Source: Gammaproteobacteria bacterium | GTDB lineage: Bacteria; Pseudomonadota; Gammaproteobacteria; JBCCGL01 | NCBI GenBank assembly: GCA_965277715.1 | Contig: OZ255836.1 | Coordinates: forward strand, 128,001 to 192,000 | Direction: 5' to 3' | DNA: 64,000 bases | Shown: piece after piece, positions 18,050 through 30,054 of the stretch | Layout: every line of letters begins with the position of its first letter | Numbering within the stretch: the stretch's first letter is position 1 | The notes under the pieces: generated by a model | What the model saw: only the letters and a program-made list of their open reading frames with translations | Database searches by the model: none | Told to the model about the DNA's origin: nothing | Program-made: the position numbers and the translations under genes

Positions 18050-18354
18050 TAATTCAACCGACAGGTAAGGGGTGCTGAATACTGTTGCTGTATCTGGGAT
18101 CACTGCCAGCGCTGCCGGTAGGCGAGGTGTCTGCGGTATTGTGCCCGGTATTGTGCCTGTCCCGACAAAGTAGTCCCGACAAAGTATTTTGCATCGTCGA
18201 ATACCTGTTGGGCCGGTTTATCCGGGGCCATACTGAGGCAATGCGCTTCGAGCAATTGGGGTTGCGCGTTTTTGCCGTGCTCGATCACGACCGTCAGCGC
18301 GTTGTCCTGAATACTCAAGCCAACCTGAAGTGTGTTGTTGCGCCGTTTAAACAA
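18050..18354 (-). pseudogene. Probable remnant of msh biogenesis genes upstream of mshE
   Basis: Short ORF MFKRRNNTLQVGLSIQDNAL resembling an MshI-type N-terminus, in the position of msh genes. Confidence 0.3.
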
Positions 18355-18689
18355 TGTTGTCGTCCAGAAAATTATCGATAAGCCTACTGATTATCTATAA
18401 CGGCCATCGCGGTAGTAGGTTTAACCTATTTTTCAGGTCTGGTCGCTCGTCTAACAAGACGTGACTGAAGATCGATAGATTCTGTGTTTGTCTGCATGAA
18501 GAGAATATGCCGTGAAATTCCTTGATCAAAAATTGTGCCAGGTGCGCCATTGTTCGGGGTGTGCGGGGAATCGCTATTGGAGGCTGCGCAGAGCAGATAA
18601 GCACGTATCTACGGCATGGCTGTTAGGTCAGGTTGGATTAGGCTACGTTAGGGTAGGTCGGGTGAGATTTAAGCCGGGTGAGGTTTAAA

Positions 18690-19592
18690 CTAGGCCAAAT
18701 CGGCCTCGGTTTTGTAATCGAGTAAAAACTGGAGGAAGGTATTGGCTACCCGCGACAGCTGTTTGCCCTTCATATAACCGACATACCAGCGCCGCAATAG
18801 CGGGAAAGCCTCAACATCAAGAGTGATAAGCTGGCCCGTTTTAAGTTCGGTGTGCAAATTATTGGTAGACAGAATAGACAGGCCCAGCCCTGCCATTGAG
18901 CCTTGCTTGATCGCCTCGGTACTGCCCAGCTCCATATAGGGCTCTACACTGAGTTGGTGTTCGGTGAAGATACGCGTGACTGCCAGGCGCGTTCCCGAGC
19001 CTTGTTCGCGCATCAGCAAACGCTCTTTGGTGATACGCTGCAAGGGGATATTTTTTTCACTGGCCAATGGGTGTTGTGGGTTGGCGACTACCACCAGTGG
19101 GTTATCCATAAAAGGGTAGGCTTGCATTTCCATCGAATCGGGGATTTTTCCCATAATCACCAGGTCATCGCTGTTGTCGTTGAGCCGTTCGATGAGTTTG
19201 GCGCGGTTGACGACCACCATACTCGGCTCGACTTGTGGGTACGCCTGGACAAAACGGCCCAGCAGATGCGGCATAAAGTGCTCGGCGGTGGTGACGACAG
19301 ACAAGCGCAATTTACCCTTGATAGAACCCTGTAACTCACCAATCGCTGCACTCAGGTGATCGATGCGTTCGAGTATGTCGATACAGGCGGCGTGCATTTC
19401 TTTACCGGCATCGGTAAGGTAGTTACGCTTGCCGATTTTTTCAAATAATGGCAGGCCAATATTATCTTCCAGGCGTTTAACCTGAATGGAGATAGCGGGC
19501 TGTGTGAGGTGCATCTCCCTGGCGGCACGGGTAAAACTGGCGTGCCGGGCCACCGCGTCGAATACTTTCATTTGTTGAAGGGTGAGGTGCAT
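18690..19592 (-). CDS. cbbR: LysR-family regulator, CbbR-like
   Basis: HTH FTRAAREMHLTQPAISIQVK; CbbR-type LSVVTTAEHF, REQGSGTR, STEAIKQ; divergent from rpe. Confidence 0.75.
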   Translation of the reverse strand: MHLTLQQMKVFDAVARHASFTRAAREMHLTQPAISIQVKRLEDNIGLPLFEKIGKRNYLTDAGKEMHAACIDILERIDHLSAAIGELQGSIKGKLRLSVVTTAEHFMPHLLGRFVQAYPQVEPSMVVVNRAKLIERLNDNSDDLVIMGKIPDSMEMQAYPFMDNPLVVVANPQHPLASEKNIPLQRITKERLLMREQGSGTRLAVTRIFTEHQLSVEPYMELGSTEAIKQGSMAGLGLSILSTNNLHTELKTGQLITLDVEAFPLLRRWYVGYMKGKQLSRVANTFLQFLLDYKTEADLA

Positions 19593-19702
19593 GGTTTAAA
19601 ATTAACATAATTTTATTAGCTTTATAAAATTTATTATTTTTGTTTATGATAAGTTTGCCCAGAACGCCTATTTACTTACCGTCAACGATGAGAAACACCT
19701 GT

Positions 19703-20383
19703 ATGAATAAAGACGTGATCGCGCCCTCAATCCTCGCCGCTAACTTTGCCCGCCTGGGTGAAGAGGTCGACAACGTACTCGCCTCTGGCGCTGATATGGT
19801 GCACTTTGATGTGATGGATAATCACTATGTACCTAACCTCACGATTGGCCCGCTGGTGTGTGAGGCCTTGCGTAAACACGGTGTGCAGGCACCTATCGAT
19901 GTTCATTTAATGGTCAAGCCGGTTGACCGTATCATCCCCGATTTTGCCAAAGCAGGTGCCAGCTATATCACCTTTCACCCGGAGGCCAGCGAGCATATCG
20001 ACCGCAGTCTACAACTGATCCGTGAGTGCGGTTGTAAATCGGGGCTGGTATTTAACCCCGCCACATCACTGGATTATCTGGATTACGTACTCGATAAAGT
20101 GGATATGGTGTTATTGATGTCGGTTAACCCCGGATTTGGCGGGCAGCAGTTTATACCCTCGACGCTGGACAAACTGCGGCGGGTGCGCAAGATCATCGAC
20201 GCCAGTGACCACCCGATTCGTCTTGAAGTGGACGGTGGTGTGAAGATCGATAACATCGCTGAAATAGCCGCAGCGGGGGTGGATACGTTTGTCGCCGGTT
20301 CGGCGGTCTTTGGTGCTGGGCGAGATGCGGACCCCCATCGCTACGATACGGTTATTGGGCAGTTTCGGGAACAGTTGGGGTAG
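19703..20383 (+). CDS. rpe: Ribulose-phosphate 3-epimerase
   Basis: [39 protein letters not shown]; likely start MNKDV at 19703. Confidence 0.95.
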   Translation: MNKDVIAPSILAANFARLGEEVDNVLASGADMVHFDVMDNHYVPNLTIGPLVCEALRKHGVQAPIDVHLMVKPVDRIIPDFAKAGASYITFHPEASEHIDRSLQLIRECGCKSGLVFNPATSLDYLDYVLDKVDMVLLMSVNPGFGGQQFIPSTLDKLRRVRKIIDASDHPIRLEVDGGVKIDNIAEIAAAGVDTFVAGSAVFGAGRDADPHRYDTVIGQFREQLG

Positions 20384-20555
20384 CTTGGTGCTGGTAGGGG
20401 AGGAATAGCGTGAGCGGGTGCTTATATCAGTGGTTCGGTTCGTGTACCCTGATTTTCTCAAACAACCAGTTTCTGAATTTTTGCAACTGTCGGTTTGATC
20501 GTATGCATGTCTTACGCCGTGCCATTCAATCATAGTCGAAAAGATAAATTAACAA

Positions 20556-21203
20556 ATGCACAACGTCTTACAATTTCAAGAAGACACACTGAAGAGTGAA
20601 AGTGCCGCTTGGGAGCATTCAATATCAGACAAGGGGCAGGTTTATACCCGCCCGGAAGTTGTCGAGTTCATGCTTACCGCATTGGGTTTGAACACATGCG
20701 ATGATTTTAAAAATACCCGTATTCTTGAACCATCGTGTGGTGAAGGTGAGTTTGTCGTCGCCATTGTAGACAGGCTTGTCAACCTTCCGAAAAACCGTCC
20801 TACTGTTAAACAACTTGGCGGTAAGCTGCTCGCGATAGACCTTGTGGCAAGCAGCCTTGAAATAACCAAGAAGAAGGTGGCCACATTACTTGAAACAAGA
20901 GGTTATAGTACTATTGAAGTAACCTTATTGCTGAATCAATGGTTTCTATCGACTGACTTTCTACTTGCAGATATAACACCGGGTTTTACACATGTTATTG
21001 GTAACCCTCCGTATATCAGGGTTGAAAATATTCCTAAAAGTCTTTTAAACGAATATAGAAGACAGTTTGCGACAATGACTGATCGTGCTGATTTGTATAT
21101 TCCATTTTATGAAAAGTGCCTTTCACTGTTAAAAGATAATGGAAGACTCTCATTTATCTGTACAGATCGCTGGACAAAAAACACCTATGGTAAGAGATGT
21201 TAA
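20556..21203 (+). pseudogene. Truncated Eco57I/TaqI-type N6-adenine DNA methyltransferase
   Basis: GQVYT, ILEPSCGEGEF, IGNPPY, ADLYIPFYE; ends abruptly with no target-recognition domain. Confidence 0.75.
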
Positions 21204-21295
21204 GGGAGATTTTCCAGTTTCGCTGCACCCCCGGCTGCGCTTCAAGTGGGGCTGATTACAAGGCGTGAGGCATAATAAACACAAGAGGAAAAACC

Positions 21296-21724
21296 ATGAT
21301 TGAAATTATTGCAACTTTATGCGCCGGTACTTTTTTCGGTGCCGCCGTATATATAAACCTTGCTCAACATCCGGCCACGTTGGAAACGGGAGGTGAATTC
21401 GCGGGTAAATTTTTTCCACCAATGTACGCCAAAGCGTCTGTATTACAAATTGCTCTTGCACTTTGTGGTACAGCTCTAGGTGTCATTTCCTGGTTTCTTT
21501 CTGATGATACATACTGGCTTATCGGTGCTGTTTTTCTTGTGTCAGTTGTTCCGATTACACTACTCTTTATCAAACAAATAAACGATCAGCTACTACACCC
21601 TAAGCACCAACTTAAACCGGAAGAGGTAATCGCTTTACTTGCGCAGTGGAACCCTAGGCATTGGGTTAGAACAGGCGTTAGTCTTGTCGCTTTTGTTTGT
21701 TATCTTTTAGCCGTTGCAGGGTGA
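21296..21724 (+). CDS. DUF1772 / anthrone-oxygenase-like membrane protein
   Basis: Four hydrophobic helices, C-terminal WNPRHWVRT; flanked by degenerate attC-like sequences. Confidence 0.65.
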   Translation: MIEIIATLCAGTFFGAAVYINLAQHPATLETGGEFAGKFFPPMYAKASVLQIALALCGTALGVISWFLSDDTYWLIGAVFLVSVVPITLLFIKQINDQLLHPKHQLKPEEVIALLAQWNPRHWVRTGVSLVAFVCYLLAVAG

Positions 21725-22104
21725 GCCGTACCAAGCAGGACTATTAAATTTTCTACCGTTGATCGCCGGGCGCCCAACTACTGCGCTCGCCGTTTATGGC
21801 AGCGTTAGGCAAATATAGAGAACCATGCCATAACATAATGTATACCCGTGCTATTGTTGTGAGAGAAACAGGTATCAGGCATATTTCATTGTATAAAAAG
21901 AACTTATACGAGTAGGAAAAAAATCGGGTGGACGATTTTTCATAGCAATGCCCTGCTGGATACGGTTTAGATATGATCGTTTCTTTTTTGTGGCATTTTT
22001 AACATGATAATTATGACGGGCTGTAAGGTGACACACGGCTTGAAAGTTATTAGTGGTCAAGGCACACTGGTAAATTCAAAATAACTTCACCACTCGGGGG
22101 CTTT

Positions 22105-23379
22105 ATGAAGCTGGAATCTATTGCACTACACCATGGGTATGAGTCGGAAGCCACGACTAAAGCGGCGGCGGTACCGATCTACCAGACTACATCTTACACT
22201 TTCGATAATACCCAACATGGCGCGGATCTGTTCGATCTCAAGGTAATGGGGAATATCTATACCCGTATCATGAACCCAACCCAGGATGTTTTAGAACAAC
22301 GGTTGGCAGAAATGGAAGGCGGTATCGCTGCCCTGGCTACTGCTTCTGGTATGGCGGCAATCACTTATGCAATTCAATGTATCACCCAGGCTGGCGATAA
22401 TATTGTCAGTACCAGTGAGCTTTACGGCGGCACTTATAATTTATTTGCTCACGGACTGCCTAATCAGGGTATTGAGGTGCGAATGGCCTCCGGTGATGAT
22501 ATCGGCGCCCTTGAAGCGTTGATTGATGATAAGACCCGTGCAGTATTTTGCGAATCAATTGGTAATCCCCTTGGCAATATTGTGGATTTAGCGGCCCTGT
22601 CAGAAATGGCGCATCGCCATGGTGTGCCGGTAATTGTCGATAATACTGTTCCTACCCCTTATCTGTGCCAACCCTTTAACCATGGCTGTGACATCGTTGT
22701 TCACTCGCTTACCAAGTATATTGGTGGTCATGGCACGACTATTGGTGGCGTCATTATTGATTCTGGAAAATTCGATTGGGTGATCAATAAGGATCGATTC
22801 CCGATGCTTAACCAGCCCGATCCGTCTTATCATGGTGTGGTCTATACGGAAGCCCTGGGGCCTGCCGCCTATATTGGGCGTTGCCGCGTAGTGCCGTTAC
22901 GAAACACCGGTTCTGCCATCGCGCCCCATAGCGCTTTTATGGTGTTGCAGGGTTTGGAGACATTGGGGTTACGCATTGATCGCCATTGTGAGAATGCGCT
23001 GGCTGTGGCCAGTTATTTGTCGGACCATGATCAGGTCAGTTGGGTTAATTACGCGGGCCTTGAAAACCACAAACACCATGGGCTTTGCCAAAAGATTACC
23101 AGCGGCAGGGCGTCGGGGATTTTGAGCTTTGGTATTCAGGGTGGCGAAGCAGCGGGTGCAAAGTTTATTGACGCTTTACAAATGATTCTGCGGCTAGTCA
23201 ATATCGGTGACGCCAAATCACTCGCTTGCCATCCAGCATCCACCACTCACCGCCAGCTCGACGATGCCGAACTTGCAACTGCGGGTGTGAGCCGGGATAT
23301 GGTGCGGATATCGGTGGGTATTGAGCATATCGACGATATTATTGCGGATATCAGTCAGGCGCTGGATACGGCTGCATAG
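22105..23379 (+). CDS. metY: O-acetylhomoserine aminocarboxypropyltransferase / sulfhydrylase
   Basis: PIYQTTSY, GNIYTRIMNPT, HSLTKYIGGHG (PLP lysine), NIGDAKSL. Confidence 0.92.
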   Translation: MKLESIALHHGYESEATTKAAAVPIYQTTSYTFDNTQHGADLFDLKVMGNIYTRIMNPTQDVLEQRLAEMEGGIAALATASGMAAITYAIQCITQAGDNIVSTSELYGGTYNLFAHGLPNQGIEVRMASGDDIGALEALIDDKTRAVFCESIGNPLGNIVDLAALSEMAHRHGVPVIVDNTVPTPYLCQPFNHGCDIVVHSLTKYIGGHGTTIGGVIIDSGKFDWVINKDRFPMLNQPDPSYHGVVYTEALGPAAYIGRCRVVPLRNTGSAIAPHSAFMVLQGLETLGLRIDRHCENALAVASYLSDHDQVSWVNYAGLENHKHHGLCQKITSGRASGILSFGIQGGEAAGAKFIDALQMILRLVNIGDAKSLACHPASTTHRQLDDAELATAGVSRDMVRISVGIEHIDDIIADISQALDTAA

Positions 23380-23990
23380 GGCGCGGTTGTTTGGTGAAAT
23401 TTGAAAAATGATGCCTATAGAATTAGTTTTGGGATAAAATATAGTAGCCTTAATATGTTTTTGGCTAGGGCCTGTTGACGTTTGGCTATAAGCTTTTGAA
23501 ACAAAAGGCAAACTCGTATCATTAAGTTTAAACCGGCGTGCAAAAAGCGTGCTTGGCTTAGTTCGACGTTATGTGCAAAAAGAATTCATCCTTTTGGTTG
23601 AATCCCGAAAACCCTATATTTGTCATCAGCGTTCCAAAATTCCTGGCTGTCGAGGTTTTAAATGCCTCACTAAGCTATGCATAATAGTTCTAAGGGACTT
23701 TCTTGTCATTATTTTTTGCAGAGAGCGGATGGTGAATGAGCATATACGGGTAATTCTAGCGTAAAAAAACAATGGATTAACAAAGCCGCCTTTTTTCTGG
23801 GCAATTTGTTGTCTCTTATCAAGCATTTTAGTGTATTTTTTATCAGATGGATGAATACATTCCAGGTTTTTTGTTTTTGATGTTTTTTCAAAAATACGCA
23901 TGATATTATAGGCCATAGCAGTAAAACGCATTTGACTGTTCAGCGTATTCAGGTTTGAAGACCGAGTATGACCTTAATTTGATGTTGTAT

Positions 23991-24648
23991 TTAAGCGGCG
24001 ATAAGCAAACTAAATTGACCGACCTTTTGCCAAAACTGCTGCCATCTGCCAGTACTATAGTTTATGCAGCGTAAACCTAACACGGCTGCCGCCCCTTTTT
24101 CTTTCCACTTTATTGCAGAACCACATAACCGTTGTTTCATAATCACCTTGCAAGCCGCTTCCGTTACACCCGAACCAATGGGTAAGCTATTTTTTACATT
24201 ATGAGCATATTTCATCTTATCTTTGTTGTTTGTAAAATAGGTGATAACAGAATTAAGGGCATTTCGTTTCTCTTTCGATAGATCACTGTTATTGCCAAAA
24301 GCCACCATTTCGTTCAGTAACCGCGTTGCCGAACCCACACAGTGCTTTAGCTTATGGCAAGATTGATCAAGCCATTCACTCCTATCTAACGCGTTTCTTT
24401 TTCCATGAAACATCACATGAGCGGCTTTTCCAAGGTATTCGCTCACATGCCAAAAGTCGATTGTTTGGGTATGAGTATGTCGCTTTAAAAAAGGCCAATT
24501 ACATTTCGCACCATCAGCAATTCCTACATAGTGGGCATCAGGGTAGTACTTCTTTACTTTGATGATCGCCTGTTCAAAACGCCCCAAAAAGGTCTCCTTG
24601 CCATACTCAGGCGTAGCCGCCATATAGATGGTATGTTGTCTATCACCC
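23991..24648 (-). pseudogene. ISKra4/UPF0236-like transposase, C-terminal fragment
   Basis: ADGAKCNW, IDFWHVSEYL, LPIGSGVTEAACK; 5' part cut by the IS at 24649. Confidence 0.75.
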
Positions 24649-26208
24649 CAATGGCACTAAGTTAAGCCGCTTTAGCTTGCCAATATTCAGTTTTTAAAAC
24701 GTTCCTTGGTCGAGTCATTAATGCCCGTGGTTTAGGTCGCCTTTTTACCACTCTTGGTTCAAATCTAAAAGGTCGATGAAGCACACGATCATCCGCAATC
24801 GCTGCATATAAATAATCAAGATATTGCCGTCTTTTTTGTGCTGGACTCTGCCCACTACCAAGTGATGAAGTGCTTTGTCGGAGTGTTTGCAAAACACCTT
24901 TAAGACTTAGCCGATCAACCGGTGTGTCATGTCGGTATGAAGCGACACACATGATGTGCCTGATCGTGTTGTAAACAATCATGTGCATGATGATTTCCTT
25001 ACGAACCATATCAGGTGTTTTACAGCGTAATATATCCATACCCATGGTGGTTTTAATATTGCGAAAATACAGTTCCACATTCCAGCGCTGTGCATAGAGG
25101 TCGATAATTTCTATAGCGGGATATTGCTGAGCATCAAGTAGTGTCGTGATGATATAAAAATGGTTCGTCCTAAATCCTTTTCGTACAATACTGACGTGTA
25201 TTTGTCGTAAAGTTAAGGTCTTTGGAAGGTCGCTATGCTGCTCTTTTGTGTAACGGGTCGCTTTTGTGTGTTTAGGTTTTTGCCATTCAATATGAAGGTC
25301 ATTATCGGCTATCTTCTTTTTGGCCTGGGAGGCAGTGCTGGGCGTTCTCCGCGCCAATGTAACGACACTGTCAACCGTTCGTCGAGAGAGGCAGTCAATA
25401 TCGTAGAAGCTGCAAAAACCTTTATCACCTAAGAAAATGTCACCTTCATTGAAGGTATCCCATTGTTCTTCTAAAAGTCTTAGCTCATGACTTTTTTTAT
25501 TTCCTAGTGCATAGCTCAGAATTAAACCGCTATAAAGATTAAAACAAGCTAAAAGCCGTGCTTGAGGAAATCCGCATCCCTGTTTTTGTGATTTCGGTTG
25601 TGGGTAAGTTTGTTGATTCGCGGGCGTATCGGGCATGGATAGGCCTGTCCCATCGGCAACGATAACCGGTCGACCTTGGAGCGCTTTGGGTTGAGGTGGC
25701 GATAATCGACACGTCCCTGAAAATACGTTTTTAAGATCGTCCATGGGTAGTTTTTTACGTGCTTGGCAATAGGCGGAGGTGGATGATGAAGGTATGGGAA
25801 TGCCTTGGTTGTGGGCGACATTTTGCAGTTGTCTAACGACTTCTTTACAGCCACCATCGGCGTTCATTATTTGTGAAAAAAACAACCAGAAAGTATTTTC
25901 TTTACTGAAAATACGTCGACGACTATTCACACCAAAATCATTCGGTTTAAGAATATTCGTGGGTATAATATCGCCAAGAAAAACAGGTAGTTCACTCAGT
26001 GATTTGTGACGTATTTTTGCTATCTTATCGTGCAAGATTTGAATGGCTGAACGGGGTGTTTTGCGGAGTGTTTGGATGTTGAATCCGGGTAGAAATAAGG
26101 TTGTATTTTTCATACAAAATTATAACATTTCAGCCTTTTTTATTGGGTTTATTACAGTTATTTTTTCGTTTATTTTACCCGCTAAAACCGCTTAACTTAG
26201 TGCCATTG
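24649..26208 (-). mobile_element. IS4-family element, transposase 24662..26113
   Basis: 19-bp TIRs CAATGGCACTAAGTTAAGC / GCTTAACTTAGTGCCATTG; ADGT, LGDKGF, YAQRWNVELYFR. Confidence 0.9.
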
Positions 26209-27561
26209 CGATCAAACGTGTTTTTTTTCAGTTAAACACAGGAGACTTTAATAATTTACTCTGTTCCAAGCGTCTAAACGACCTAAGCGAACTATCGGGC
26301 AGCTATCGAGACCGGGTATTCACCCCACTTGTTACACTGCGTTTATTTCTCTGGCAGGTGTTAAGTGATAATGGCAGTTGTAAAGAAACAGTCGCCCGTC
26401 TGCTAGTTGATCGTTTACATGAAAACCTGCTTCCAAGTTCTTTTAATAGCGGTCCTTACTGTAAAGCCCGTCAACGTTTATCTCTGTCGTGGGTACTTCA
26501 GGAGGTACGTTCAATCGGTTCAACGTTACATGCCAGAGCAGGTAAAATTTGGACATGGAAAGGGTATAATGTGGTGCTTGTGGATGGAACCACTGTTCTC
26601 ATGCCTGATACCCAGAAAAATCAACATAAATACCCCCAGCAACAGACTCAAAAACCGGGTTTAGGTTTTCCTATTGCTCGAATAATCGGACTCATTTCTT
26701 TAAGTTCTGGCGCTATTATTGATTATGCGATGGGAGAGTATCAAGGAAAGGGAACAGGGGAAATGTCATTATTCAGTACCCTGATGACGTCATTAACCGC
26801 CAATGATCTGTTACTGGCAGACCGCTATTACTGTACTTATGCTGTCTTAGCGGCTCTACAATCGAAAGGGGTTGCATTCGTCTCAATGAATCACGCACAA
26901 AAGAAAGCGGATTACAAAACAGGGTTAACGCTTGGTGCAAAAGATCATCTTATCGAGTGGAAAAAACCTAAAAGAAAACCGGTTTGGATGTCGCAATCAA
27001 ACTTTGATCTATTGCCGAAAACACTGACAGTTCGAGAATTTTCAGTGGATGGGACAGTCTATGTTAGCACTTTGTTGGAGGTTGATACTTACCCTAAGAA
27101 AGAGCTTTCAACACTGTATAAGGAACGTTGGAAAGTTGAATTGGATTTTCGTACAATTAAAACAGATTTGAAAATGGACATGTTGCGATGCCATTTACCC
27201 GAGATGGTTGAAAAAGAAATAGCAACAACCTTTATGGCTTATAACCTGATTCGGGGTAGCATGGCAGAGTCAGCAAAAACAGAGGGTGAAATAGCACGTC
27301 AAATAAGTTTTAAGGCAACGGTACAGCTACTGGGTATTGCTCATATTAAATTCATCCATTCAACATCCAGTATGATACAAAAAGCGTACACTTCCTTATT
27401 AAGGATAATCGCTTCAACGTTAATTGGCAGGAGAAAACGATCACCCCAACCAAGGGCAATTAAACGACGACCAAAAGCCTACCCACTGTTAACTGAACCT
27501 CGTATCAAGGCCTCTCAGAGGCTAAAAGATTCATTGGGTTAAACCTGAAGTAGCGGTATTG
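26209..27561 (+). mobile_element. Second copy of the 12956-14484 IS4 element, 5' truncated
   Basis: Near-identical transposase (26358..27542 ORF) missing about the first 11 codons; right TIR ..GTAGCGGTATTG at 27561. Confidence 0.88.
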
Positions 27562-28444
27562 GTACCTGGGTTAATTGACTCTGGTAGCGTTGAAATAAAT
27601 TGATGTAATTGACCTGTTTCTGGGTCGCGGTATTTAACAAACTGAAATCATAAAATTCTGGTGCTGTTTTTGCTTTTCCCACCATGCATAATCAGTCACC
27701 GCCTTATCGTATATATAGAGATGCTTTTGCCAAGCCTCTTTTTCGACACAACGTTGTTCAATATAAGAACGTAACACGGGTATTTCCTGGTGCCGTGTTC
27801 AGTACCGTTAGTCACGACACAAAGTGGTCTTAGAAGTCCATTTCTGAGGTTCAAGACATGAATAAAGCCTGCTGCGAAGACGTTGCCCTGACGATTTTTC
27901 TCTGTGTGACAAGCATGCTGTATAAAATGACCATCAGCTGCTTCTACTCGATATTCTTCAAGTTCAGGAAATTGTTTTAAATAATCAATGTCCAAAGAAG
28001 ATAATTTCTCACTTTGCAGTTGATAGCTTTGCTTTTCCATGGCTTGCATCATCTTCATCCGTCTTGTCGACTTCAATGCGTTAAAATAGCTTGAATGACA
28101 AATTGTCTCGTCGTATATTTCATCCGTAACCTGTAGATAGTGACGACCACTATGTGCAAGGCTTATACAGCGAAGTAACCCATGGCGAGAAAAAGCTATG
28201 TCATCAATGGCATCGCGTGATCTTTTCCATAAAGGGAAGCGTTCAGCAGCAATTGCTTTTTCCATACTTATTTTACAGTGTTCGGTGATATATTCTTCAG
28301 CGGTCATCATTTCGTTCATATTCAATTTGCCCATTTAATCAGATATTAAATGGGTATTTTAAAAAAAATTCTGCTGGTGAATGCAAGTGTTTTTTTGGAT
28401 AATTTTATTTATTTTATGAATTATAAAGCTTGTTATCGGTTTAT

Positions 28445-28672
28445 AAAAAAACAGTACAAATTTTATAAAAAATACTATTTATAGCTTATGGCGGCTCTTT
28501 TCAGGTGTTATTCATTTCGTTATTAGCTTCCTGGTAGGATTCTAGTGGTACACCCATGAAAAAAACAGTACAAATATTATAAAAAATACTATTTATAGCT
28601 TATGACGGCTCTTGTCAGGTGTTATTCATTGCGTTATTAGCTTCCTGGCAGGATTCTAGTGGTACACCCATG
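28445..28672. repeat. ~114-bp tandem duplication of an IS end
   Basis: aaaaaacagtacaaa...ggtacacccatg occurs twice in tandem, and again at ~42745-42858. Confidence 0.8.
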
Positions 28673-28838
28673 AAAAAGACTGTAAAATCGAAACTGGGAG
28701 TCTTATTTAAACTAGGTTTTGTCGGTTTCCCACATTCAACTGAGGTCGGAATCTTCGGCCTAACAAGCTCTGGGGCGTTGCCTTCCGCCTCGCGATGCAT
28801 AACATGGCGAAGGCTTTCTTAATTTAGAGGATTAGAGT

Positions 28839-29936
28839 ATGACCAAACTAAAAACTATTGCTGCCAGTGCAGCAGCCTTGACCCTCATGGCATCGTCTGC
28901 CATGGCGGCTGACAAGGTCTTGCGTATCCAGTCGGTACTACCCGGTTCAGCTGACGAAGTCGTTATGTTGAAAGAGTTCGGTAACGATGTCGCAGCGTTG
29001 ACTGATGGCTCGCTCACCATCGAAGTTTTGCCAGCAGGTGCTGTTGTTGGACCACGAGACATCATGGATGCCGTTGACGCGGGTCTGGTTGAAGGTGGTT
29101 TTGCCTGGACACACTATTGGGGTGGCAAGCACGTTGCAGCTAACCTGTTCGGCGCGCCTGTTGCGGGTGCCGGTGTAGGTCTCGATAACATCGCGTTCCT
29201 GAGCTGGTTTCAGTACGGTGGTGGTAAGGAGTTGTATGATCGTCTGTGGGATGAAATGGGTGTGAACGTCAAAGGATTCATGCTGCAGCCAGTGGGTCCT
29301 GAGGCACTCGGTTGGTTCCCAAAGCCAATCGAATCGATGGATGACTTTCGTAAATTGCGCTTCCGTGCACCTCCGGGCATGGTTGGTGCTGCATACGCTG
29401 AAATCGGTGTTCCAGCGGTTGCTATGGGCGGCGGTGACATCTTGCCAGCGCTTGAGAAAGGCACGATCGATGCAGCCGAGTGGTGCTGCCCCAAACCAGA
29501 TTCCGTCTTTGGTTTTCAGAAAGTGCTAAAGCACTACTACCTCCAAGGTCTGCATCAGGTGGTCGTGAACGCAGACTTGTATGTGAATGGCGATTTCTAC
29601 AACTCGCTGAGCACGATTGAGAAGAAAGCACTGGAAGTGGCGGCAAACGCGTCTCTGTCAAAATCCATGTCTTACCGAATCTTTGAGAACGGTAAGGCGC
29701 TGAAAGATTTGACGGATAATCACAGTGTTATCCTGGAAGATACTCCAGCGGATTACTTCACAGAGTACATGGCGGCCGCTAAAAAGTCGCTTGAAGCCGC
29801 TGCGGCAGAAAACGAGTTCTTCGCAGAAGTGTGGCAGTCGCAAAAAGATTTCGCCGACATCGTGGTCCCATTCTGGGCAGGTGCACAGACCTCAAACGCA
29901 GGTTTGGGCCGCGCACACGCAGAAACACTGAAGTAA
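28839..29936 (+). CDS. dctP: TRAP transporter substrate-binding protein
   Basis: Signal peptide; IEVLPAGAVVG, LRFRAPPG, LEKGTIDAAEW. Confidence 0.9.
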   Translation: MTKLKTIAASAAALTLMASSAMAADKVLRIQSVLPGSADEVVMLKEFGNDVAALTDGSLTIEVLPAGAVVGPRDIMDAVDAGLVEGGFAWTHYWGGKHVAANLFGAPVAGAGVGLDNIAFLSWFQYGGGKELYDRLWDEMGVNVKGFMLQPVGPEALGWFPKPIESMDDFRKLRFRAPPGMVGAAYAEIGVPAVAMGGGDILPALEKGTIDAAEWCCPKPDSVFGFQKVLKHYYLQGLHQVVVNADLYVNGDFYNSLSTIEKKALEVAANASLSKSMSYRIFENGKALKDLTDNHSVILEDTPADYFTEYMAAAKKSLEAAAAENEFFAEVWQSQKDFADIVVPFWAGAQTSNAGLGRAHAETLK

Positions 29937-29944
29937 AAAAGGAA

Positions 29945-29978
29945 TTCGAAGCGAGGCCTGTCAAAGCCTCGCTTCGAA
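29945..29978 (+). repeat. Perfect 13-bp stem hairpin between dctP and the permease
   Basis: TTCGAAGCGAGGC-ctgtcaaa-GCCTCGCTTCGAA; likely mRNA stabiliser or attenuator. Confidence 0.6.
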
Positions 29979-30054
29979 GTTTGTTAAGGGCCTTGGCCCT
30001 GTTTAAATAATTAGAGCCCAAAATGGGTACAAGCGTAAGTAGGGGAGAAGGGGC

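Larger units (their letters stand above)
23624..28672. mobile_element. Nested IS pile: disrupted copy of the 39638-42858 element containing ISKra4-like and two IS4-family elements
   Basis: Ends CATCAG.. at 23624 and ..GGTACACCCATG at 28558/28672 match the 39638-42858 element; transposase pieces at 23626-23960 and 27562-28334. Confidence 0.8.

Noticed and set aside
23466-23623. Possible IS5-like end GGGCCTGTTGACGTTT
   Set aside because: No partner end or transposase identified.
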